From Camelus dromedarius (taxonomy: Eukaryota): DNA of 64,000 bases. How positions within the stretch are numbered: the stretch's first letter is position 1; each line of letters starts with the position of its first letter. The stretch lies in the NCBI RefSeq assembly GCF_036321535.1, contig NC_087436.1, forward strand, positions 54,128,001-54,192,000, read 5' to 3'. A model generated the notes under the pieces. That model did not search any database. It saw only the letters and a program-made list of their open reading frames with translations, and was not told the DNA's origin. The position numbers and the translations under genes are program-made. This document shows, one piece after another, positions 52,847 through 64,000 of this stretch.

Positions 52847-54619
52847 ATTTTAGAGAATTGTGCCTTGTTGACCTATGGAGGAAACTAGAAGATTCCATAC
52901 TTGGGAACTTTGAGCAGCTGCATCCCATTAGCAATACTCAGCCACATGCTAATAATAGTAATCAACAGAAGGTGTAGGTTTCTCTGTAGTCATTTCTCTA
53001 CAGGATTCTCTGGCAAGATAATTTAAAAGTAGCTATTATCTCTTTCCTAGGTACATTCTACTTTCCCCCTCTTTTAAGATCAGTAACGCACCGGACCATG
53101 CGGAAGAATACACAATCAGTTCATTTAAAGATCCGGTGAATTTTATGGAGTATTATGTAGAAAGAGCAGATGTTGTGACTTTATATAATTTGTTACCTTG
53201 AATTACACGGGAGGAGAGGACCTTAGAGTCTTAGAACTTAAAAAGAAACGTGCAGATACTCTTTATTCCCAGTCTTTCTCTCTTAATGACCATTATCTTC
53301 TTACTGTAGCCTGCTTGTCGGTCCTCCAGTGTACTGTCTTCATATTTTCCTCAGGAAATTCTTTCCACATTAAGTTGCAAACTTCATTGCCTTGGCCTTT
53401 GTCCGTTTGATCAGGGAGACTTTTGTACTCAGGCTTTGCACGAAAGAAATAGGACTGAACTGCTCTGATTTCCTGAGTGGGAGAGATAATGGATATTCCA
53501 ATTCCAAATTAGTGAGAGCTACTTCTCATTTTCTCACAGTTATCTGCAGAAGCAAGCAAATCTTTCCCAGAGACAACCAGCTTAGTGAAATATGACAAAA
53601 ATGTAGTCCTCTTAATAATGTGATTGTTCCTGGTATTATTGTGCTAAGGAGTATTTTATTGCTCTTTGAGCTTGGTTTACATAATAAATGACACCCACAT
53701 TAGCTGTATATTAGCTATATGTATTGGTCCTATACAAATTATGTAAGCTGGGGACACTGGTTCTTTAATACATTCCCAGATTTCTCCTTTGATGGAGTGC
53801 AGTTAACTTTACCACGGAAGCATGAGCTGTCCATGGTCTTGCACTCCTGTCTGTGTGCGTATGTCAACAAGAATGATTTTACCTTACTAGCCAATCAGAA
53901 TTTAGGGAGACCATCTCAGAGGATGCAATCCATCTTTATTTAAATTTAAACAAACAGTGTGTATGTGATTGCTGTATTTGTTGATGTCCCTTAAGATGAG
54001 TGTGTGTTTCAAAGATCTAGTTACTGCTTTTCTGTAAAGAAGGCCTTTTTTGTTTTGTAGTTGTGGCTATGGAAGTTGTCCTTTATTCACATGCTGTCTG
54101 TCTGCTTTCTCAGAATGGACTGACTTTAATTGCTTCATGCCAGTTTGATTTATCTTCTGCTGGTGGTGCCTCAAACTTAACATATACCAAATTGAACATA
54201 TTTCTTGCTTCTCAAATCTTGTCCTCTCCTATAGTCTTCATTTCTTCTTTCTATCTGACAGTTTGATTTATCGGTTGCAGTTAGCACTTCGTATGTCAGT
54301 GTATTCATATGTCTCAAGTCGAACTTTTTATCTCATATTCCACCAACCCTAATTCTCTAGAACCCTCTTCTCCTATTTTTTTACCTTAATTATTGGCAGG
54401 ACTATAATGTATAATATAATTACACTGTAATTATTTGTTTATTTGTCTGGCTTCCCCACTATTTGAGGCCAGGGTTTTAGCTTATTCATTATTGTACCCT
54501 CACTATCTCTCTATGACACATAAAAGAGCATTCAGTATTGCTGAATGAATGACTAAAGATGTAGTTTAGAATATCACCTATTAATCCTGTATTTATTGTT
54601 TAACATGGAGGATATATGA

Positions 54620-54715
54620 TAGAGTGACCAAACATCCTGGTTTACCTGGGAATGTACTGCTTTTAGCACTACAAGTCCTATGTCCTTGGAAAACTAGGAC
54701 AGTTTGTCCCCGTAA
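54620..54715. mobile_element. hAT-Blackjack MITE (MER81/MER94-like)
   Basis: TAGAGTGACCAAACATCCTGGTTTACCTGGGA..TTTTAGCACT..AAGTCC..AGGACAGTTTGTCCCCGTA imperfect TIRs. Confidence 0.6.
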
Positions 54716-55129
54716 CTGTAAACATTAGGCATACAGTTATGAATGAAACAGAAAAGTCCCTTCTCTTATAGAGCTTATCAGCATAAACATTTTAATTTTC
54801 TTGTGGTTTAACCTGAGCTCAATATTTCATATAAACTTTTAACCTATTGATGAAAGGTTCTATATGATTAATTTTGGAAAACTTCAGTGAGGATGTTATG
54901 AGTACTGGCTTTCTTGCATACATGGGGCTACTGTGTGGGGTTTTCTTCCCCCCATTTTTATATGAATTACAGTATTTTGTAATTAATTTTGCATTTGTTT
55001 AGGTAGATTCAGTTAGAATCTCTGCCATGTTCTGATGACAGCTACCTCAGAACTAGCCTGAGCTTAGCTTTCATATCTATCTCATATTTCCTCAGTGTCT
55101 GTATGAACCTACATTAAAAAAAAATATAT

Positions 55130-55760
55130 ATATATACCTTTAACTGTGAGATGAAATACTTATGCAGAAAATTGCATAAAATATACATGTACAACTTAAA
55201 AAGTGAATACTCAAGTCAGGAAATATAACATTGTAAAATTTTCCTTTTTAATCATTACCCTTTCCCTCTCCCCTACAGGTAAGCATTATTCCAACTTTTA
55301 TGGCAATTACTTCTTTGCTTTTTTTTTATGGATTATTAAACCATATCATAATGAAATGTCTCTCTTAGCCCTGGTAGTCCTTGTCCTAAAATCTGCCTTG
55401 TCTGATTTTAATATAGTCACTCCAGCTTTCTTTGATTCATGGGTATATGGTATATATATTTTTTATCCTTTTGTTTTTAACCTTTGTGTCTTTGTTTTAA
55501 GAGGGTTTCCTATGGACTGCATAATGTTGGGTCTTTATTATCCAGTCGGACAATCTACCTTTTAATTGGGCTGTTGAGAACTTCTCCATGTAATTTAATT
55601 ATAATATTGTTGTGTTTAAATTTATGCTCTTGTTACTTGTTTTCTGTTTATCTCTCTGTTCCTCATTTCTTTTTTCTTCTTTCCCTATCGTAGCTGAATG
55701 ATTTGAGTTTTCTTTTTAAATAGCTCTGTTTTTATCGCCACTTTGGGTTTACCAGCTACA
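55130..55760 (-). mobile_element. Old L1 fragments
   Basis: CTTGTCCTAAAATCTGCCTTGTCTGATTTTAATATAGTCACTCCAGCTTTCTTTGATT is antisense L1 endonuclease region. Confidence 0.7.
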
Positions 55761-56882
55761 CTTCTTTATATTGATACTTTTTCTAATCACTTCAGTGTGG
55801 TTGAGAACTTCCTCTCTTATTGATCCTCTGAATATTTTAGCACTTCAGATATTTTTCCATGTCTAAAATTAAATATTTTTCTTAATGCTTCAGTAGGTTG
55901 TTGCTTTTTAAGGATAAGGTCTATATTTTACTTACTTCTTTTGTGCTTCAGTACCTAACAGAAATAAATAATTCTTGATTTCAGTTGTATTTTAAAACAC
56001 GAGGGCCTCAAAAGAAATGTTATTTCTAGTTTTAAAAATATCTTATTAGTCTAGATTAGCAAGCTTTTAAACTTTACTAATTATCACCATATATCCTCAT
56101 AGTGTACGTTTTTCTTAGGTGTGTAAGATTCTCACATGTTTTGAGTCTTCACTTTGATTCTTTTACTACCTGTTGAACATAGCTGCTCTAGTTTCTCCCA
56201 TTTCTTCCTTAGTATCTATGTTGCTTAAACTGTGCTCATTTTCTTGATACATTGCTTTAAAAACTTTATCAATCTTTCAGCAGACTGAGTATGTCTACTA
56301 TTTACTGCGTGTGTCTAATCTTATGATTGTGTCTTGGATTTATAAACCTTTGTTTGGGGTCAGGCAATCAAGAAATATTTACTGAGTGCCAGCTATGTAC
56401 CAAAGCAAGGAAACGTTATTAATTATTTGCTGTATGCTCACTTTAAATTGTTTCTATCTAGGCTCTCTCTACAAATTCATTTATGCTACTCTCTGTAAAT
56501 AATATATGTTTTTCCAGAATATAAAACTGTGGTCTTCTGAGGATGAAAATATCTTACCAGTTAAATATGACTGCCATTTTCATCCCAGCCAGATATGCTT
56601 AGAGGAAAAAAAAGTTTATTTTGTTTTATTTTCTTTAGGTATTTTTTCCTGTTTAGGAAGTCTAGTTCTGTAGGTTTTTGTATTTAATATACATTAACAC
56701 AAATTTGGCTCGTACAGAGAATTTTTAAAATGCAACAACTTCTGTAGCTTTTTTTTCTTAGTTTTGATAATATGGTTTCAGCAATTGAGGTTACTAAATG
56801 ATTTTTTATATTTTGAGTGTTTTTTCTCTGAAATCATTAGAATCCTATCTTATCCACCAGCGGTGTGATTTTACTTTTACAG

Positions 56883-56995
56883 GTGGCTATGCACCATTCC
56901 TTTCTCTGGCTGGCAGAGAAAGTACTTTAACTGTTGCTTCTAACACTGAGAAAGCTGTTCCAGGTCCAGGACACTATGATGTTTCAGAAGTGCAG
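56883..56995 (+). CDS. STPG2: STPG2 coding exon 2 (113 nt, phase 1 to 0)
   Basis: Acceptor TTTTACTTTTACAG; (G)GYAPFLSLAGRESTLTVASNTEKAVPGPGHYDVSEVQ; donor CAG|GTAAAT; 109+113=222 nt keeps frame. Confidence 0.93.
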
Positions 56996-57442
56996 GTAAA
57001 TTTATAATCATTACTATAATTGAGTTAATAAAAGTCATGCTTTCTTCCTCTCATAAACTAACATGTCATTTGTCATATTTTATTTTCCCTTCATATTACC
57101 TTCTTTCACCTTCAATCTGTATTTTGTAATTAGAATAAGAGAAAAATAAATGTGTTCAATGTTGGTTGTCTGGTTGGGTGTTGATCACTCTTCCGTATAT
57201 TCTATAAGACATAAATCATTGTTACATGCTTCATGGTCCTTGAGACTCCTGAATGGGAGAATAAGACTGTTGAATGAATTAAGGCCCACGAAATTTGTAC
57301 AAATGGTCAAAATACGTAGAATAAGGATGGTAGCAAAGTGAAGGAATTGGTTTGTGTGCCAGCTGTTGGAGGCCTGGATCTGTGCATTGATGCCTTAATT
57401 TTTGCATTAGACTTCCTGAATTGTTAAAGGAAATGATTCTAA

Positions 57443-59160
57443 CCATTAGGGGTTTTTGGTTGCAAACAATAAAACAGACTTTTAAGACAGATACTAGGTT
57501 TGTAATAAATTCATAGGTAAGTACTTGAGTGGCTCATAGACTTGCAGGAGGAATTGAACAGTCAGATCTTAAGGATAGGACTAAGATAATTCTAGGTATT
57601 TCAGTAGTAAGAACTTCTGCATCATTCAATGGGAAACTGCTGTTAGGTAACTTAATTCTATAATTTCCTTTCACTTTTTATGTGTGATAGCATAAAGATT
57701 AAAGATTAAAGACTAAATTAAGATTAAAATGACCAGCAGGAAGAATCTGGTCCAGTGTTATTATGGACCCACATCTGTGATTCCTGGGTCAGGGATTCCT
57801 GTGTTTGGAAGCTCCTTTAAAACCACAAAGTATAGGAGAGGTTTGATTGTCCTAAGGGTGGCAAATAAGCTATTATGAGCAGATAATAGAAGGGATGCTG
57901 GACAGTTAAAAGCAGTAGATTTCCATTACATTTCACCCCTTGACTGACCAGTTCTCTTCTCTCATGCACACAAAATACACACACTTCTTCCCATTTATAT
58001 AATTTTTAAAAATGCAATTATTTTATGTACAGTTTTCAAGTGTACTTTCTCAGAAACAAACAAATGTCTAGCTACTACAGTGTTACTACCGAATGAATCC
58101 TGATTAAGGCCATTTCTTCTGTTCTTTCATATTCCTATTTCATTATTCTGCAACTTATAGATTAAATGGTAACTATAATATGAGATTAATGTCTCATTAT
58201 GAAGAAGTGGTTAGGAGTGTGGGCTCTGGAGCTGGACTGCCTAGATTCAGAATCTGTCTCTGCCACTTAACTAGCTGTGAGACTTACTAAGGCCCTAGGA
58301 GATTAGTGGTTTCCTTATTGATTAAGTAGGGGTAATAACTTTGTAGGCTTTTTCTAAGGATTAAATATATTAATAAGCATTAAGAATAGTGCCTGATTAT
58401 AGTTGGCCTTCAATAAATTTTAACCATTCTTAGTGTTGCCATTTTACAATAGAAAGGGGAAAGAAATAGAGGGAAAATGAAAGAAAGTGATATACGAAGC
58501 AAGGAAACACAGGTGGGGACCTGTTTTGTGTCTGCAACTGATCACGAAGCTATAGGTAGCTTAAGATTTTTCCGTTACTCATTCCCTGGTCCCCATCTCT
58601 TCATCAAGAACTTTGTCTGGTGGAGTTCTAGGCTTAGTGGGATGACCAGAATCTTTAGATCCAAGATGTCTGAGCTGTTAGTTCTTTGGCTTACTTCTTA
58701 AACCTTTAAGTAAACTTGCTCTTAGCATTTTTACTTGGTGTTAGGAGGCTCTGCAGGGTGTCCTTGGGTTCCATTCCACCACATTCCTCTTGACTCCCAT
58801 TAATCCTGTTTTTCTGTCCTGGTCGGAGTTGATCACCCCAGCCAATACACAAACCTGCTTATTTTGTTTTCTGCTTAGTAGCATAAAGAACCTGGAATGG
58901 CCAGTTGGTAGTTTCAACTGTCAGTTCAGGAGAACACATCTTGCTTCTCCCTGGGGTTTTAAAACCTCCGTAAAACTAGAGCCTAGGGCACAAAAAGCAC
59001 AACATTCCATAGTGGTCATTAGATGTAGTCATTAGAAGTGCCACTCCTGCTTCCACTCCATGGCTCACAGATCAGACCAGGATATTATGGGTGTATGGGC
59101 TTGCTAGTTCTACCAAGATTTCCCTTTTTAAGCCTAGTATAACTCCAGTATTCCAAGAGG
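57443..59160 (-). mobile_element. MaLR/ERVL provirus remnant: 3' LTR (57443-57930) plus internal sequence, with a MIR at ~58200-58430
   Basis: On the minus strand a purine tract AAGGGGTGAAA precedes TGTAATGG; 58801-58920 translates QLKLPTGHSRFFMLLSRKQNKQVCVLAGVINSDQDRKTGL (ERVL dUTPase-like). Confidence 0.7.
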
Positions 59161-61943
59161 GAGATGTAGTAAAATACATAATATGTAGATTTCAAACTTG
59201 TTAAATATGACAAGTATCAGGATTTTGGAGTATTATTTTAATTCTCATATAGTTGGTTCCACATGTAAAATAATATAAAGTCCAGTTTAGATCAAATTTT
59301 ATTTTATTCCAAATTGGGTACATTTTTTAGATTTCAAGAATAAAAAATTTAAAAATGTGCTTTTTTGTATGATGGGTGATCTAAGAAAAAAAGAGTTCTA
59401 GTATTCTCTATTTTTCTTAAAATTAAAAACAAATACCAGGAGAAGATTGATTTCCTTGGTTTAAAAAATGACTTATTACTTATTTACACAGTTGCTGGAT
59501 TTTTTTTTTTTTGTAGTTTTATTCTTGCAGAACTTTTAGAAGTTCAGGAAGTGTGAATTTATCATATTTGAAAAATAAAGTCCATTTCATTTTAAATAGC
59601 TGAATTAGTAAATATGTTTATAATGTGACATAAGTTACATATTAATTCTGTAAATAGTATATTAGGTAATTAAAGAGATACTCTTACTGGAAATTAATGC
59701 ATATATTTAACAATTTATTTTTATACTTTTCTTTTGGAACTGTAGGTTGAAATGTTGCTTTCTATCAGCAGTTGGTCAGTAAATATTACTTGGAGACTTC
59801 AAGTGAAATTTAAAAAACTGAAAATGTGGGTTGTAGTTGTGATAGTTGTCTCCACTGTTAAATACAGAATGCTCGAAGCTTTTATAAAGGCAGAACATTT
59901 AGGAATGGAAGCTGTGTGCCCCAACTTGGTCTTCTCTATTTCTCTCTTCCTCTTACGGTTGCTTTACTTTGGTTATGGTTGTGACTGGTATTCCAAAGCT
60001 GGGGTCTAATTTTTGCCTTTACAGCTCTTGCCCAGTTATAGGCAAAGTAATTTCCTTTGCTTCCTGTAGCATATCTGAAGTATGTTATTTTTTTTCAAAA
60101 GAAATTTTGCTTAGTAGGAAAGAACATAAAAGAAATTAAGGAAATAAGCAGAAGAATCAAATTTACAAGATGTAGGTTCTTATCCTTTGATAATTAGCTT
60201 ACTAAGTCACGTGTTTATTAAGTCACACACAGAACAAACATATCCTGTTTCCTAAGATGATTCCCACTCTAAAATGTCAGTACAGATTTCACTTATGTTT
60301 TCTGGTTCTGTTCTCCTCTAGTTTCTGACCTGTCTCTACATAGCAGTTATCATTTTGTTCCTTACTACAGAATGGTTTTAGATGTGGTGATCTCCCAGAT
60401 AAATAGTTTACTTCTTATTTTTCATTAGCCAGGCCTAGGAATAGATGTCCAAGTTAGGCTTTATTTTTGATTAGAGCTGAATGATAGGCTAGCATATGTG
60501 ATACAGTGCATGGCCTCACCCTTCTGATGAGGCTCTACCTCCTGTAGTGCTGGGGATTGCTGACAATATAAATTCACCTGATAACCCTAGCATATGCACA
60601 AAGCACAGTACTCACAAAGTAGTAAGACTTTTTTCTTACAGGTTTTGATATAAAATGTATCTTTTTTTGTAATATAATTTTTAGGTCACTTATCTGACAT
60701 ATGGAAATTCCTTTTGTAACCTTTTATAAAATTAGTAGAATTGATAAGTATGAATAATTAAAAAAAAGTCTTGGTTAAGTTGTACCACAGATTAAAAAAA
60801 ATCAGATTAGGTTGATTTTACCATCTTCTGTTGAAGTATTTGATATAAATGGCACATGATAGAGACTATAACATTGGCTTTCAAAGAATTACAATTTGAG
60901 GAGATCTTTTCTTTTCACATGATTTTTTAAAATCTAACTTGTAATGCTAATGTTTTACAAAAGCATTCAAGTCTACTGTTACAGATCCAAACTCTTTAAA
61001 CATGGGAATTGTGATCTTATTAAAACAGTAATCAAGTAGTAATTAAAACAGTAATCAATTCTGTCTAAGAATATAATTTGACTCATTTTTAAAAAGACCT
61101 CTTTTGTGCATTTCTTAAAAGCTGATTGCAGCTGAATAAGACGCATACCAGAGACAGGCTCACTTAATAGTGGTTGTGAACAACTGCCATGTACACCCCA
61201 TGTGGAGTCCTGTTGGTAAATCAGTAACTTAAAAAAAACCCTTATCAAATGCCAACAACTATTAATATGAATTATCTTTGAAATGACTGCATCATGACTG
61301 TTTATTGAAACTAATACGATGGAATTTTATGTGAATTAACTGGCTGTTAGCCAGTTGATAATTTTCTGCTTCCAAAGAATCCAGATACGTGGCGTGGAGA
61401 GCCGTGGAAGATTCCCCCCATACCTTCTCTGCAATAAGCAGTGTTTAAAACTAGCCTGAGCATAGAATCAAGTTGTTGCCAGTAAGACTGCATAAACATC
61501 CCTGAACGTGACCAAAATGTTTTTCATGAAAATGATTAATCCGAAGCAAGCCTGGAAAGTTTGCTTTTTCCTTGTAATATGAGCATTTTTAGCTTATTTC
61601 GGAGGTACAGATTCTCCCGGGGCCTATAAACTCTCTTTATTTTTGCTCTATAACTTTGGAGACTCTTTTGTCTCTGATTCCTGTTTTCAAACTAAGTGTT
61701 GCATTCTCTCAGAGTGTTCAAAGTACAGTAAATTTTAGTTTGAGTTCGGCGTTAAAACTGTTGGCTATAATTGTCATTCTCTCATTATCCTCTCTCATTA
61801 GAGAACGTCTTCAATCAATAGCCTTAACTTTCTTAGGCTGAGTTTTAAAACTATTTGTTCGTATTAATATGTAATATTTATCAAATAGATATTAATTAAA
61901 AAGTGTTTCTTTTAATTATTTCATATTTTTCTCTCCAATTTAG

Positions 61944-62102
61944 TATAATATAAAAGGAGGCCATAGTCTACAAAACCGGGAGAAACGTTTTAAGACATTT
62001 ATTTCAGATGGTCCAGGACCAGCAAGCTATGATCGGTCTTATCCTGGAACATTAGATCTCATAAACAGAGAAGTGCTGGTGTCTAAAGAGCGTCTTCAGG
62101 CA
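61944..62102 (+). CDS. STPG2: STPG2 coding exon 3 (159 nt, phase 0 to 0); gene continues beyond window
   Basis: Acceptor TTTTTCTCTCCAATTTAG; YNIKGGHSLQNREKRFKTFISDGPGPASYDRSYPGTLDLINREVLVSKERLQA with an RF..GPGPASY repeat; donor GCA|GTACGT. The 3' boundary is slightly less certain. Confidence 0.8.
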
Positions 62103-62113
62103 GTACGTTGCAG

Positions 62114-62266
62114 TTTTTTTTCTTTTTTCTTCAAGCAGAGTCAGTTTACAGTGTGTCAATTTCTGGTGTGCAGCATAATGTTTCAGTCATACATATACAC
62201 ACATATATTCGTTTTCATGTTCTTTTTCTTTATAGGTTACTACAGGATACTGAATATAGTTCCCTG
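62114..62266 (-). mobile_element. Young L1 3' tip (camelid type)
   Basis: T tract then TTACAGTGTGTCAATTTCTGGTGTGCAGCATAATGTTTCAGTCATACAT..TGAATATAGTTCCCT, closely similar to 39850-39976. Confidence 0.9.
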
Positions 62267-62569
62267 GGGGGACTTTATGCTTCTAATGACTTTTTAAAAT
62301 TTAAAATAAAATAGAAAAAGTTTAATATTTTATGTGATAAGTACATTTAAAAAAACTTACTATAAAAATTAGTAGGTTTATTAGTATTATTAGTATATTG
62401 TAGTTTATAATTAAATGGGTATTTGATGTTTATAAACCTTAGTATTAACATTTGACTTCATATTTGCTTTTGATGAATCTGTAATCACTTCTAACGTCTA
62501 TGGTGAATAGAAAGTAAGGGAGATTTAAAAAACTACTTTAGTGGTTTACCTCTTTATATAGAGGAAACT

Positions 62570-63760
62570 CTGTGTTAAGTACTGTTAATAATACAGTGGA
62601 ATTTAAAACATGACTCCTGAAATTAAAAAGCTTAAAATGGGAGAGAGATATGTAGATTGTTACTAATGCAAGATGAAATGTGACAGGTGCTAAATGAATG
62701 ATCATGTAATTAAATGCCGTAGGAATTTAAAGGAAGACTGCTGTATTATGGGAAGATATAATTTGTAGAGGATTTATAGATGAGGTTGACTTTGAAGAAT
62801 AGGGTTGGAATATGCATTCTAGGCATGGAGAACTTCATGAATAAAGATAGGAAAGTGGGATCTTATGAAGGACAATGAGAAGATGATTCTGATTGGAGTG
62901 AAGGGTTTGTGTAGGAGACCAGCAGGTGACACGTTTAGAAAGGTACATTGGTGTTATATAATGAATAACTTTTATACCAAAGGCTTACCCCTTTAAAATA
63001 AATAATATAATCTAGCAGATTTTGGTCATAGTTTGTTTAGAGTAGTTCCCTCTCCTCTTTCCACAAGTCCTTCACATAGTTTATATTAATTAAATTTTAA
63101 TCAGTTCTTTGTTTAGGAGGATATATTTTAGTGCTAAGTTCTCAGTTGAATAATGTCAGTGTAATGACAATGAGGTTAAGTTTTATAAGTATATTTAAAT
63201 ATCAGCTCTTTAATGCATGGGGACAAAGTAAATGTCTGTTTATACATGCCAAGTGTTTATTAGATATTTTTTGAGTAATTACGTGTGTCAGACATAAAGC
63301 TAGGCACTGATAATACACAGAAGACAGATCACTGCTCCTTGGAATCTATAATTTTAACAGGGAAGTAGTGAATGAAATCTAGTACAAAACAGTTGATGAA
63401 ATGCTGTTTTGATAAACATATATCATAATAAATTTTTTACTAAGTGTCCAAAGTACAGAGTTTTTGAGGAAATAGTGATATCGTAGTCAAACTGGATCTC
63501 GAAGGATTCACTGAGGAGTTAAAAAGAATTTGAGAAAACACTTCAGATGGAGAAAACCTTATGAATAAAGACATTGAAGTATTTAATGGTGTGATAATGT
63601 TCAGGGAAGAACAAAGTTCTTTTGGAATATTTGGAATTTAGGATCTAAGGGAGAGTGATAGGAATAGAGGATTGAGAAGGAGGTTGAAGCTACATTTTGG
63701 AAAGTCTTGACATCGTGCAAATACTTTTTGAAAGCAGTGAATGGGAAGGAAACCATTCAA
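62570..63760 (-). mobile_element. LINE-2 fragments
   Basis: TGTGTTAAGTACTG..ATACAGTGG..AAAAAGCTTA.., CATTCTAGGCATGGAGAAC.., GGAAGGAAACCATT purine-rich L2 antisense motifs. Confidence 0.6.
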
Positions 63761-64000
63761 TACTTTCCAGTTTTAATTTGGTAACCAGTTTCATAAATAT
63801 CACTGAAACTACTTCATAGTTGTCTCTAGTGGTTAAAAAAAAAAAAAAGTAAAATGCTACCAGTGGTGGTATGTTTATAACATAATTGTATATTGGGCAT
63901 GTGTGCACTCAACTATAGCATTTAGTTATTTATATAAAAACTACGTAGGATCAATACATTCTTAATAATTTTTCAGATAACTAAATCATTTAAATGCCAG

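Noticed and set aside
53036..53200. Extra exon in intron 1 (TCTCTTTCCTAG acceptor, a few CpGs)
   Set aside because: No STPG-like peptide or convincing donor; exons 1 and 2 already join in frame.
61019..61058. ATTAAAACAGTAATCAA direct repeat (also TAAAGAT repeats ~57693)
   Set aside because: Short AT-rich slippage duplications with no further structure.
62097..62105. GC-type donor CAG|GCAGTA for exon 3
   Set aside because: GCA|GTACGT three bases later fits consensus better and keeps the same phase.

Overview
Mammalian genomic DNA, AT-rich and repeat-dense. It is most likely camelid, judged from a tRNA-Ala-derived Vic-1-type SINE at ~764-880 and artiodactyl-type L1 3' ends. Positions ~1-49,500 are intergenic and mostly transposon relics: L2/MIR, L1 of several ages (several with readable target-site duplications), MaLR/ERVL LTRs, a cluster of ERV1-type solo LTRs and hAT/Tigger DNA elements. 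A CpG-island promoter at ~49.55-50.45 kb drives a + strand gene that I recognise as STPG2 (sperm-tail PG-rich repeat protein 2). Three coding exons are visible (50318-50426, 56883-56995, 61944-62102) and splice in frame to 127 codons with three [GP]GPxxY repeats; the gene continues beyond the window. I found no CRISPR array, true RNA gene or convincing new multi-gene system. The best leads are STPG2 isoform structure (candidate 5'-UTR intron, an exon I recall as absent from the human reference protein, an L1 tip beside the exon-3 donor), an L1 fragment flanked by an ~85-bp duplication, and young + strand LTRs upstream of a testis gene. Repeat subfamily names and cross-species comparisons are from memory, not database searches.
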